In this document: piece by piece, positions 12,142-24,500 of the stretch | How the letters are laid out: each line of letters opens with the position of its first letter | Numbering within the stretch: position 1 is the stretch's first letter | Source: Octopus sinensis | Lineage: Eukaryota | NCBI RefSeq assembly: GCF_006345805.1 | Contig: NC_043003.1 | Span: 105,710,001 to 105,774,000 of the forward strand | DNA length: 64,000 nucleotides | Direction of reading: 5' to 3' | Notes under the pieces: model-generated | The model's database searches: none | What the model saw: only the letters and a program-made list of their open reading frames with translations | What the model was told of the DNA's origin: nothing | Position numbers and translations under genes: made by a program

Positions 12142-12419
12142 CTGCTAAAATAAGAATATTTAAATAATTTATTTACTGATGAATAATTAATACTTCAGTG
12201 ATGTCATCTGCATAAAAATCAACAAATGACAGTATTAATGTAATCAATATAGAGATCATGAAAATGTTTATTGGAAATAATTAGACAGTGAGTAAAATAA
12301 GCAAATCTGGTCATTGACCAGTTTTGTTGTTTTTTTTTAGCAAGTAATGGAGACAACTTCCACACTTTTGGTAGTATTTGACCTTCCTCATTGTTAATAC
12401 ATCTATTCTCATCATGAGT

Positions 12420-13350
12420 GATTCATCATCATCATCATCATCGTTTAACGTCCGTTTTCCGCGCTAGCACGGGTTGGACGGTTCGACCGGGGTCTGGGAA
12501 GCCAGGAGGCTGCACCAGGCTCCAGTCTGATCTGGCAGTGTTTCTACAGCTGGATGCCCTTCCTAACGCCAACCACTCTGCGAGTGTAGTGGGTGCTTTT
12601 AACGTGCCACCTGCACAGGTGCCAGGGGGGGGGGTCTGGCATCGGCCACGATCGGTTGGTGCTTATAACGTGCCACCGACACGGAAGCCAGCCAAGGCGG
12701 TGCTGGCATCGGCCACATTCGGATAGTGCTTTTTATGTGTCACCGGCACGGAAGCCAGCCAAGGTGGTGCTGGCATCGGCCACGTTCAGATGTAAAAAAA
12801 AAAGCCGAAGAAAACCGAAAAAGAACTGTTAAATAAATCAGTGATAAATCATCGTTATCGTCATCGTTTAACATCCGCTTTCCATGCTGGCATGGGTTGG
12901 ACTGTTTGACTGAGGACTGGCAAACCAGAAGGCTGCACCAGACTCCAATCTAATCTGGCAGAGTTTCTACAGCTGGATGCCCTTCCTAATGCCAACCGCT
13001 CCGAGAGTGTAGTGGGTGCTTTTATGTGCCATCGGCACGAGGGCCAGTCAGGCGGTACTGGCAACAGTCACGCTCAAATGGTGTTTTTATATGCCACATG
13101 CACGGGAGCCAGTCCAGCGGCACTGGCAATGACCTCGCTCGAATGTTTTTTCACGTGCCACTAGCACAAGTGCCAGTAAGGCGACGCAGGTAACAATCAC
13201 GCTTGAATGATGCTTTTTATGTGCCACCAGCATGGATGCCAGTTTGTTGCTCTGGCAATGATCACGCACGGATGGTGCTCTTATCGCTCCACTAGCACAG
13301 ATGCCAGTCATTGAATTTGATATCGATTTCACTTGCCTCAACAGGTCTTC
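12420..13350 (-). mobile_element. Two adjacent RTE 3'-UTR fragments with (GAT)n tails and tandem hairpin units
   Basis: Homologous to 19380-19598 of the LINE. Similar tails at about 1-180, 2540-2830, 5790-6120, 7270-7470, 23375-23690, 41885-42280, 49925-50105, 57790-58330. Confidence 0.85.
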
Positions 13351-13771
13351 ACAAGCAGAGTGGGTCTGGGGAGAATAGGTTTCTTTCTGAGACCCCAAAT
13401 TGTACCCCTAACTTACCAAAATAACTCCTCCGGATAGTTTTTGAATACTCATAATATTATTTCATGGTTGGAATATGTAGGGTAAAATTTAATAACATAT
13501 GGTCAGTAAATAATAAAAAAAAATAGCTGAAAAATATAACAAGCAGAATCTGTGACTGACTGCTGACCAGTGTTATCACAGCTCAATTTCTATAAGCATA
13601 ACATAATTCACAATTGATTGTACCATGTTGTCCTGGATCAGTGGTGAATGAATCAGTGATAAATGAGGATAGATGTAATATGGTGACAACTGTTAAGTTA
13701 GAATGAACAGAGTTATCTCCCACACTTTGCTAACAGTTGATAGTTGAAGTAAAATTCAATCTAAGATTATC

Positions 13772-14188
13772 TGGATCTTTTCGGTTTGAACGGCAGTTTT
13801 TCTAGCGGTGTCATATGAAATTGTCACCCATAATTATGACCCTAGTATCGATCTATTGCATTTCAATCTGTTTTAGGGTTAGGGTTAGAGGTAGGGAGAA
13901 GGGTGTCTTTTTTTCTTCACAAATGTAAATAAACCCAATCGGTTTCTTAAATGAGGAACATATTCATACAGCACAGAATGTTTTTTTACCTCAATAGATG
14001 TCAGTGATTGGTTGAAATTGCAGAAATTGAAGAAAAAAAACAACAAATATCTTACAAACTATAGAATTTTCTCAATAAAGCCAAGAGAAAAAGATGTTTT
14101 ATAAACACATTCTACCAGTATACAAAGTTTAAAATTTTTTAGTTACCTAGAAATTGTTAAAAATTGCCATTCAAACCGAAAAGATCCA
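13772..14188. mobile_element. MITE-like element with about 29-bp TIRs and internal TTAGGG units
   Basis: TGGATCTTTTCGGTTTGAACGGCAGTTTT and AAAATTGCCATTCAAACCGAAAAGATCCA are inverted repeats; TTAGGGTTAGGGTTAG near 13873. TSD not clear. Confidence 0.65.
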
Positions 14189-14861
14189 ATCTAAGGGCAT
14201 TGTTAATAAGAAGAAATGTTTCCATTAGTTTTAATCTAAACTTCTATGATCGAAGTCAATGATTCCTAATCTTTTTTGCATCTTGGACTAGTTTCAAGTA
14301 AAACAATTTTTCTACTTGCATAACAACACAAAGCTGGCAGAATCGGTAGCACACCGGGTGAAATGCTTAGCAGTATTTTGTCAGCCGTTAGGTTCTGAGT
14401 TCAAATTCTGCCGAGGCCAATTTTGCCTTTCATCCTTTTGAGGTCAATTAAATAAGTACCCGTTATGCACTGGGGTTGATGTAATCGACTTAATCCCTTT
14501 TGTCTGTCCTTGTTTGTCCCTTCTATGTTTAGCCCCCTGTGGGCAATAAAGACATAGATATATAATTTAATCATTGTATATATAATGCATATATAACGCA
14601 AAAACACCTGTAGACTGTGTTCTTGCATTCACAAGAACTTTATTGATTATGTAATTCTAAAGAATTTTGGCAACACTTTCATTGCCTTTGTTTAGCTCCA
14701 GGCCAGTCTTGGAGGAGCAAATTTATGATCAAAGATTTTATAGCACAGTGGTGTAACTTGTGTATGATTCCTTGTTGGCAACGGCGTTTCAGACATTCTA
14801 TCCATGACCTTTCAGACAACAATCCAGAGAGGTAGTTTGTGAAAATGGAGCAATCACCATG

Positions 14862-14895
<34 letters not shown>

Positions 14896-14998
14896 GTAGG
14901 TATATATGTATGTTTGAGTGCATGTGTGTGTAGGTATATATGTATGTTTGAGTGCATGTGTGTGTGTGTGTAGGTAGGTATATATGTATGTTTGAGTG

Positions 14999-15033
<35 letters not shown>

Positions 15034-15220
15034 GTAGGTATATATGTATGTTTGAGTGCATGTGTGGTGTGTGTGTGTGTAGGTAGGTATATATGTATGT
15101 TTGAATGCATGTGTGTGTGTGTGTAGGTAGGTATATATGTATGTTTGAGTGCATGTGTGTGTGTGTGTGTGTGTAGGTAGGTATATATGTATGTTTGAGT
15201 GCATGTGTGTGTGTGTGTGT
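14862..15220. repeat. Compound minisatellite (TAGGTAGGTATATATGTATGTTTGAGTGCA + (TG)n), about 7 units
   Basis: Directly visible; explains the overlapping His/Thr-rich ORFs. Confidence 0.9.
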
Positions 15221-15477
15221 TACTATCTCCTGGCTTTGACTTCATGTGATAGTTGTACACAAATGTCACCAGCATGCAAGCAGTGCCCTTCAATTCCAAT
15301 TGGTCATGGGGAAGCATTAGCTTACTCGGAAACAGATGAGGGTAGGTGACAGGAAAGGCACCTGGCCGTATAAAATTTGCCTCAACAAATTCCGTCTGAC
15401 CCACACAAGCATGGAAAAGGATGATGATGAAAAATTATAACTGGAGGGTAACTTGCAAAACCTAATAATATATTTAC

Positions 15478-15607
15478 CAGTAATTTTTTCCGTTCTTTGC
15501 ATAAATAATCATACTGTGACTTTTGTTCACTTATGTGTTTCCATAAGATAATGTTATCGAACACAATTTCTTGAAGTTTTTTTTCTCGACTTCTTTGTCC
15601 ACCAGTA
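15478..15607 (-). CDS. CFAP97D2-like gene, coding exon 4
   Basis: tatttttttttAG acceptor, ctg|GTaaat donor, 130 nt, phase 2 to 0. (S)TGGQRSREKKLQEIVFDNIILWKHISEQKSQYDYLCKERKKLL resembles R.REL..I..EN..L..RI....P.Y. Confidence 0.75.
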
Positions 15608-15754
15608 CTAAAAAAAATAAAACAACGCAAGACTTAGGTATCACTGTGGACTTCATGTAAATAGAGCAACGATAGGGTCAGCCTTTGTAAGGGCTTTCAT
15701 TGCCAAACTGTATCTTTAAGACAAGTGTGAAGGTGCATGACTTAGTGATGCTGT

Positions 15755-16190
15755 TTTATATTTTTGGGATGAGGAATTATGTACATTAATTACAATGGAC
15801 AGATAGGTATCCTCATCTTTTTATCACAACATTTTGGCTGATGTACTCTCCAGCCTTCATCAGGTGTTCTAGTGGAATTTCAAACCCAACCCTTTATTTG
15901 ACTGATGGAATACTCTGTTCTCATTCCTAAGGTATTCTTTTTTTGATGATGTTATTTTTTCTGTTGATATTATTTCCCAAGCCCCTGCCTGGGATTGAAC
16001 CAAGAATCCGAGGGTTAGTAGCCTGCACTCAGGACATATAGCATAGTGGATAAGAGTGCAGGCTACTAACCCTTGGGTTCTGAGTTCAATCCCTGGAGGA
16101 TATATCAGCTGAAACGTCGTGTTCACAACAAACAAGATGAGGACAAATATCTGTCAAATGTAAATAATGTAAATAATGTATAACCAACTC
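15755..16190. mobile_element. Second head-to-head pair of hammerhead-bearing repeats, with tRNA-like heads
   Basis: Minus copy runs head (16030-15980) - spacer - hammerhead (15868-15824). Plus copy has A box TAGCATAGTGG (16039-49) and B box GAGTTCAATCC (16082-92) fused to the hammerhead 3' half GAAACGTCGTGTT (16111-23). Confidence 0.7.
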
Positions 16191-16245
16191 TTGTTACATT
16201 GTTTATTGTTATACTGTTATATTTGATACTGTAATATATTGTTAC

Positions 16246-19200
16246 ACATGACACCCTATTGCAGACTACCTCGTTGACAAATGACAGTGACCTTCTCTTC
16301 GTGGCAGGTGATTTCAATGGACATGTTGGACGGCATGTCGGGGGCTTCCATGGCGTTCATGGAGGCTACGGTTTTGGCTCTCGTAATGAGGAGGGAACCA
16401 GGCTGCTGGAGTTCTGCGATGCAAATGACCTTATGGTCTGCAATACCAACTTCAGGAAACCCACCTCTCACCTAGTCACCTACCGTTCTGGCAGACACAC
16501 TAGCCAGATTGACTACATCCTTGCCAGAAAAAGGGAAAGAGGGCTGCTTATAAATGCCAAAACCTTTCCAGGCGAAGAATGTACTCCTCAACATAGATTA
16601 GTAGTTAGCGACTTCAGGATCAGAGCTAAATGGTTGCCCAGAAGAAGACCTGCTTGGAGGAGAAGGGTCTGGAAGCTTAAAGATCCTGCAAATGGACAGA
16701 GATTTAGAGACATACTACTCGAAGCCTTTGACGAAATAGAAGGGGATATAGCTTCACTTAATGTGGAAAGCAACTGGAGATTTCTACGGGACAATCTGCT
16801 GACAGCGACTGACCAGATCTGTGGATGGAACAAAGTACCATCTCGACCCAGAGTAACATGGTGGTGGAACACTGTGGTTGACAGGGCTATTAGACAAAAG
16901 AGACAGGCTTGGAAGGACTGGAAGAACGGTGGTAGCAGGGAATTGTATCAGACAGCCAGAAGGGAAGCTAGGAGACAGGTTTATTTAGCCAGAGGGGAAG
17001 CGGATAAGAAAGAATTTGCCAATCTTCTGAGCCGTGAGGATGAAAGACTTGAGGTATTTCGTGTTGCAAGACAGTGTGTAAGAGAGAATCGTGATGTGGT
17101 AGGAGAGAAGTGTGTTCGCATGGATGATGGTTCACTTGCGCTAAATGAGGATGCAAAGAGAGAGGTTTGGAGATGCCACTATGAAAGGTTGCTGAATAAA
17201 GAAAATGAATGGGATAAAGAGAGTCTGCCGAATGTTGACCCAACAGAGGAACCAGCTATCCGAGTTGATAGTTCTGTGGTAGCTAAGGCAATTAGAAGCA
17301 TGAAGACAGGGAAAGCCCCAGGCCCATCAGGTATCACTGCAGAGATGCTCAAAATATCTGGTAGTGTCGGCTATAACCTAGTCACCCGTATAGTCAACCA
17401 GGTGATACACGAAGGAGTCATACCCAATGACTGGTGCAGCAGCATACTAGTCAACTGCTACAAAGGTAAAGGTGATGCCCTAGATACAAATAATTACAGA
17501 GGTATCAAGCTGTTGGATCAAGTAATGAAGGTTACGGAGAGGGTCATAGCCCAACTAATTAGAGAGAGAGTTAGTTTAGATGAGATGCAGTTTGGGTTCG
17601 TGCCAGGGAAAAGTACCACTGATGCTATATTCCTGGTAAGGCAGCTGCAGGAGAAATACCTAGCCAAGATAAGCCCCTGTACCTGGCTTTCGTTGACATG
17701 GAGAAAGCTTTTGATAGGGTCCCCCGATCCCTTATCTGGTGGTCAATGAGGAAACTAGGGATAGATGAATGGCTGGTGAGGACTGTGCAAGCCATGTACA
17801 GAGATGCCGTAAGTAAGGTTAGGGTTGGCAACATGTACACAGAAGAATTCAAAGTAGAGGTTGGGGTCCACCAGGGTTCAGTACTCAGCCCCCTCCTATT
17901 TATCATAGTCCTCCAGGCAATTACGGAGGAATTCAAGACAGGTTGTCCCTGGGAGCTCCTCTACGCTGACGACCTTGCTCTTATCGCTGAGTCACTATCA
18001 GAACTGGAGGAGAAGTTCCAGGTGTGGAAGGAGGTTTTAGAATCGAGGGGCCTTAGAGTCAACCTAGCTAAAACCAAAGTACTAATAAGTAGGAAGGTAG
18101 ACAATCCACAAATGTCTTCAGGAAGATGGCCCTGCTCGATCTGTAGAAAAGGTGTAGGTAGAAACTCTATAAGATGTACCCAGTGTAAGCTATGGACACA
18201 TAAGAGGTGCAGCAATGTCAAAGGTAGGCTAACTGGGAAGATAGTTTTTGTATGTGGTAGATGCTCGGGAGCATTAACCTCCGAAAATCTGCAGAAAACA
18301 ACTTCCGTCACTTTCCAGGGGGAAAAACTAGAAGTAGTTGATAGCTTCCGTTATCTAGGTGACCAAGTCAGTAGTGGGGGTGGGTGCGCTGAAAGTGTAA
18401 CTGCTAGAGTAAGAATAGCCTGGGCAAAGTTTAGGGAGCTCTTACCTCTGCTAGTGACTAAAGGCCTCTCGCTCAGAGTAAAAGGCAGACTGTATGATGC
18501 GTGTGTATGAACAGCCATGCTACATGGCAGTGAAACATGGGCCGTGACTGCTGAGGACATGCGTAAGCTCGTGAGGAATGAAGCCAGTATGCTCCAATGG
18601 ATATGTAATGTCAGTGTACATACTCGACAGAGCGTTAGCACCTTGAGAGAAATGTTGTACCTAAGAAGCATCAGTTGTGGTGTGCAAGAGAGACGATTGC
18701 GCTGGTATGGTCATGTGGCGAGAATGGATGAAGATAGGTGTGTGAGAAAGTGCCAATCCCTAGCAGTTGAGGGAACCCGTGGAAGAGGTAGACCCAGGAA
18801 AACCTGGGATGAGGTGGTGAAGCACGACCTTCGAACTTTAGGCCTTACTGAGGAAATGACCAGCGACCGAGACCTTTGGAAATATTCTGTACGTGAGAAG
18901 ACCAGGCAGGACAAGTGAACCCAGCCCACTTATGAATGCCTTTCCTCCCTTGGACACAAAGACCTGTTGAGGCAAGCGAAGTCGATATAGAATCTCATCC
19001 GACGACAGGCACCCATGCCAACCCCCTTTGCTTGCGAAATCATGTTGGGGCAAGCGAAACCGAATTGAACCAGCCAGGATCCCTGGTCTGGTGGTACGTA
19101 AAAAGCACTATCCGACTCGTGGCCGATGCCAGCGCCGCCTCCACTGGCTTCCGTGCCGGTGGCACGTAAAATACTCCAATCCGACCATACGACAGGCACC

Positions 19201-19598
19201 CATGCCAACCCCCTTTGCTTGTGAACACATGTTGGGGCAAGTGAAATCGAAATCGAATTGAACCAGCCAGGATCCCTGGTCTGGTGGTATGTAAAAAGCA
19301 CTATCCGACTCGTGGCCGATGCCAGCACCGCCTCGACTGGCTTCCGTGCCGGTGGCACATAAAATACACCAATCCGACCGTGGCCGTTGCCAGCCTCGCC
19401 TGGCACCTGTGCAGGTGGCACGTAAAAAGCACCCACTACACTCACGGAGTGGTTGGCGTTAGGAAGGGCATCCAGCTGTAGAAACATTGCCAGATAAGAC
19501 TGGAGCCTGGTGCAGCCTTCTGGCTTCCCAGATCCCCGGTCGAACCGTCCAACCCATGCTAGCATGGAGAACGGACGTTAAACGATGATGATGATGAT
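16246..19598 (+). mobile_element. RTE-clade LINE, 5'-truncated (partial APE endonuclease, RT, PHD finger, 3' UTR, (GAT)n tail)
   Basis: GDFNGHVG and SQIDYIL endonuclease motifs; QGSVLSP and YADD RT motifs; RGRGRPRKTW C-terminus; (GAT)n tail; candidate TSD ATATTGT(T/C)AC at 16236-45 and 19599-608. Frameshift near 17667 and TGA ending at 18510. Confidence 0.95.
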
Positions 19599-19615
19599 AT
19601 ATTGTCACTAACAAT

Positions 19616-19827
19616 ACTCTTTTACTCTTTTACTTGTTTCAGTCATTTGACTGCAGCCATGCTGGAGCACCACCTTTTAATCGAGCAACTCGACCCCGGG
19701 ACTTATTCTTTTGTAAGCCCAGTACTTATTCTATCGGTCTCTTTTGCCAAACCGCTAAGTTACGAGGACATAAACACGCCAGCATCGGTTGTCAAGCAAT
19801 GCTAGGGGGACAAACACAGACACACAA

Positions 19828-19858
<31 letters not shown>

Positions 19859-20010
19859 CGACGGGCTTATTTCAGTTTCCGTCTACCAAATCCACTCACA
19901 AAGCTTTGGTCGGCCCGAGGCTATAGTAGAAGACACTTGCCCAAGGTGCCACGCAGTGGGACTGAACCCGGAACCATGTGGTTGGTAAACAAGCTACTTA
20001 CCACACAGCC
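19616..20010 (-). mobile_element. SINE family A
   Basis: Near-full copy immediately 3' of the RTE LINE. Confidence 0.85.
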
Positions 20011-20266
20011 AAGAACAATTATTATTATTATTATTATTATTATTGAGTGAGAGAGCAGTTCATGCCATCAAAGTGACACTGGGGTAAAATATACGAAGCC
20101 CAATATACCCATCATGACTACCCGTCTGATAAAGGTACACCAGGCACATGCATCACAACCATATGTGCGCGACATGGTGATCTCATATCAAGATAAACAG
20201 CACATGACCTTGCAGGTGGGGCCCAGTTAGAATTTTCTTCAGGTTGAGTAGCCCATCCCGCTCAAA

Positions 20267-20326
<60 letters not shown>

Positions 20327-20363
20327 TATTGAAGTGTTAACAATAACTGACCATTGTTTCCAC

Positions 20364-20470
20364 CTATTCCAGTCGGATTTCCAGCAGTCTACTTCAGCTT
20401 TCTTGTTGGCCAATGTGTCTGAAAGTTGGCGGTTAGCTTTTTCGATTGCTAAGTAATGTTGTCCTTCTCT
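20364..20470 (-). CDS. CFAP97D2-like gene, coding exon 3
   Basis: ttatttctAG acceptor, ag|GTggaa donor, 107 nt, phase 0 to 2. REGQHYLAIEKANRQLSDTLANKKAEVDCWKSDWN resembles E.R...IER.N..L...M....VD.W. Confidence 0.75.
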
Positions 20471-21230
20471 CTAGAAATAACAAATTTATGCAAATTATTA
20501 GAATCTAACATAAATATTTTTTGTTTTCAATACATGCGTCATTTTATAAAATTTAATGCAGTCTTTTTATATTTGAATATTCATTTTTTTTTTCTTCCAT
20601 ACAGGCATAGGTTCAGGAGCTCCCACTTTGCAACCACATGGTTTTGGTTTCAGTCTCATGGCATGGCATCTTGTGCAAGGGTCTTCTGCTATAGCCCTGG
20701 ACTGACCACTGTTTTGTGAGTAAAAGGAAACTATGTGGAAGCCTATCATGTATGTGTATATCTTATTGTGTTTGTTATTTCTTTATTGCCCACAAGGGGC
20801 TAAACACAGAGGGGACAAACAAGGACAGACGAAGGATTTAAGTTGATGATATCGACCTCAGTGCGTAAGTGGTACTTAATTAAAGAGGATATTAGGGGAT
20901 TGCTCCAGGTGAAACCACTGCTCTCTGCATCAAGAGGTTACAGTTCCAGTAATTAGAGTGTTGCGGGAAAGGACTGAAGGAGACATTCTTCAAGTCAAGC
21001 CAACAAGCAAGAAACCTAGGAGGAGACTAAGAATGAGATGGTTGAATAATATCCATAATCTCAGTTGGCCATGCTTGGGAACCCAGCCAGAAAGAGTAAT
21101 GACAGAACCCTTTCAAGGACTCTACCCCCAATGACCCCCCACCCCCAAATATAATGGGCCGAGGAAATGAATGAAAGGAAGTCAGTAAATAACTATACTG
21201 ATTATGAGAATATGATTAAACCTCAAATAC

Positions 21231-21301
21231 CTTTAATACATCCAACTTGAATGCCAGATTCCGATGAGGATTGGGGGTTTTGTTGTCAATTTTTGCTTTG
21301 G
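21231..21301 (-). CDS. CFAP97D2-like gene, coding exon 2
   Basis: ttttgtatAG acceptor, aag|GTattt donor, 71 nt, phase 1 to 0. (A)KAKIDNKTPNPHRNLAFKLDVLK resembles the family AKP.VD..P...HL..KL motif. Too short for the ORF track. Confidence 0.75.
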
Positions 21302-22846
21302 CTATACAAAATAAACAAAAACGTTTTTATAAAATGAAAACTGAAGTTTATTTATCAGGCTATCAATAGTATTCTTGTTACAAATATATCCTTGTTGGAA
21401 TGTCTGCATCTTTGTATGTTTGAAATTAAAATAAGGTTTGAAGCTAAAGAATCAGAACTTATATTTTTACTGAAACAAAAGATTTACATTAACCAAGGGG
21501 AGTAACTGCACTGCATTGAGATTATATTATACAATATCGAGGTTACATTACCCAACATTGAGGTTATATTGTCCATCTACATTTCTTTGTTTGTATTCCT
21601 TTCTGGTCCTTATTGTTCCTTGGCCTTAGTGAACAGTGAAATGATACTTTGATAATCCAAGAAACAAAAAGCTAAATTAACCCCCAACCACTCCGAGAGT
21701 CTAGTGGGTGCTTTTTACATGCTACCAGCACGGGAGCCAGTCAGGCGGCACTGGCATTGGCCACATTTGGATGGAACTTTTTACATGCTACTGGTACAGG
21801 AGCCAGTGGGGGGGTGGTATTGACCATGTTTGGATGGTGCTTTTTATGTATCACTGGCACGGGGAGCCAGTCAAGCGGTACTGGCAACGACCCACACATT
21901 CGTGGTGCTTATTGTGTGCCACCAGCACGGGGAGCCAGTCAGGTGGCACTGGCATCATCCACAACTACAATTTCCATTTGATTTTTGATTTTGATTCTCT
22001 ATTTATATATGTTTCATATTTGTTTTATAAGCTTTTTATGAAGGACGAAGGGCAAAAGTCAACCCTTATAGAATTTGAATTTAAAATGTAGAAGGATGAA
22101 ACTGGATGCTGTGTAACGTTTAGTTGTATGCTTTGCTTTTGCTTTCCTTCTTCCTCCATTTAGGTGTTAGAAATATTAAGCATATTGAAGTTTTCTAACC
22201 AAAATGGAAAAAAAAAAACCCCATGATTCTGAATTGTAAATGTACCTCTGTTGCCAATGAGGAAACCCCTACATATTTACTCAACCTGCTAAAAACAGTG
22301 AAAAATCTTACTCAAGTCACATTCCATTGCCTAAAGAAAAATAATGACATTGGGTGATGTAGACATGCGTATGCAAAAAGACAAGATGGTCAAAGCCAGA
22401 ATGCTTTTGATCATAGGCCTGCTTAACCAGAGCTGACCGGGATACAAAGGACTGGATGTATCCTGTCTCTCTCTTCTATCTTTTCTCTTGTCAACAAAAA
22501 TATTTCTCCAGCATTCACTATTTTACCCTCGTTCTGCTCTAACGACCCTCCATGTTTGTTTTCATTCGTTTTTTTTTTGTATATCTTCACTGTCCTGTTT
22601 TTGTTCCCCCAACTTTGACCCTCCATAAATCCCTAGTTTTATTTTGGTGCTTATGGGAGCAACTGTCTTTGAAAACTCATATTGTTGTTCAATGCTCAAA
22701 ATGAAGAGTAGACAACTGATGAAGTGTCGTTCTTTTTATTACTTGACCTGTTTTCCATTTGTTTCTCTCATTGTTTGCATATCGAACTCATTTGTTTTCG
22801 TATTTCATGTTGTTTACTGTTGGTGACGTCCTGTACCCATATATGC

Positions 22847-22884
<38 letters not shown>

Positions 22885-23025
22885 TAGAAGAAAAAAACAC
22901 CTTTTATCAATTCAAAATGAAAAATTAAATTACACCATCTAGAAAATTACATATAATAGAAAGATATTTAATTTAGTATTTCTAAAATGAATTTTTCCCT
23001 GTAAGTTTGCAATAATATTCCCTCA

Positions 23026-23104
<79 letters not shown>

Positions 23105-24071
23105 ATATATATATATATACTCTTTTACTTGTTTCAGTCATTTGACTGCGGCCATGCTGGAGCACCGCCTTTAATCGAGCAACTCGACCCCGGGACTTAT
23201 TCTTTTGTAAGCCCAGTACTTATTCTATCGGTCTCTTTTGCCGAACCGCTAAGTAACAGGGACATAAACACACCAGCATCGGTTCTCAAGCAATGCTAGG
23301 GGGACAAGCACAGACACACAAACACACACACACACATATATATATATATACATACATATATATATATATATATATCATCATCATCATCATCATCATCATC
23401 GTCTAACGTCCGTTTTCCGCGCTAGCACGGGTTGGACGGTTTGACCGGGGTCTGGGAAGCCAGGGGCTGCTCCAGGCTCCAGTCTGATCTGGCAGAGTTT
23501 CTACGGCTGGATGCCCTTCCTAACGCCAACCACTCCGCGAGTGGAGTGGGTGCTTTTTACGTGCCACCTGCACTGGTGCCAGGGTGGGTCTGGCATCGAT
23601 CACGATCGGTTCGAGCTTTTAACGTGCAAGCAGCACGGAAGCCAGCCAAGGCGGCGCTGGCATCGGTCACGTTCGGATGGTGCTTTTTGGGGGTGCAGGT
23701 AATATAGGGAAGCACCAGTGGGGAGGGTTGGGGTGAGGAACGATGACAGCTAGGGTTGATGCAGGTTCGTAGGAAATAAAACGTAGGACTCCACGAGTGG
23801 GGGAGGGGACTGGAAGGAGATAGCCGGTTGAGGCAGTGACAGATTCAAAAACAGGAGGAAACGTAGGATAGGTGGGGGGGGGATGAGCTGCGGCGCTAGC
23901 TGCTTGTCTTGGTGGGGGGGTAACACAGTGAAAGCATGTGGGGAGGAGGGGTAGGAGGGAGAGACACACATAATGGTGGTGAGGGAGGGCATATCCGGTG
24001 TAGATGGTGTGAACAGTGAGAACAGTGTTCACCGGTATTGGTGGTGGGGGTGGGAAGGGCGGGCGCACCGC

Positions 24072-24381
24072 GAATGGTGAAGATCGAATTAAAGGATTGA
24101 AGGTACTTTAGAGAAACGGGCGGGAATGGCGATGTTTTTAGGGTGGCATAGAGAAAGAAAAAGGAAAGCAAAGCAGATTGGTGGTTATAAGTTCAAAACA
24201 TTTAAACGGTAGACAAATGTATGTATGTATGTATGAAAAAGAAAGGACAAATCTTCTTAGCTTGCTAATAGACATCGCTGTGAGTCGGAGAAGAAATGAT
24301 AGTGAATGGTGAAGATCGAATTAAAGGATTGAAGGTACTTTAGAGAAACAGGCGGGAATGGCGATGTTTTTATGGTGGCAT
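24072..24381 (+). repeat. About 78-bp direct repeat pair (24072-24149, 24304-24381)
   Basis: GAATGGTGAAGATCGAATTAAAGGATTGAAGGTACTTTAGAGAAAC... occurs twice, next to a purine-rich tract. Confidence 0.85.
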
Positions 24382-24469
24382 ATATATATATATATACACA
24401 TATATGTGCATATATAATATATATTATTTATATTATTATTTGATTGAACACCACGCATCCATTTCCAAG

Positions 24470-24500
<31 letters not shown>

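Noticed and set aside
13873-13888. Telomeric repeat TTAGGG
   Set aside because: Under three units, internal to a MITE-like element; not a telomere or fusion site.
14679-15404. His/Thr-rich ORFs of 116-241 aa
   Set aside because: Translations of a (TG)n-based compound minisatellite.
16038-16095. Possible tRNA-Ser gene
   Set aside because: A and B boxes present but no acceptor stem; fused to a repeat body, so treated as a SINE head.
21310-21445. Alternative candidate exon on - (FKPYFNFKHTK...)
   Set aside because: Wrong phase for the upstream donor and no family motif; the 21231-21301 exon fits better.
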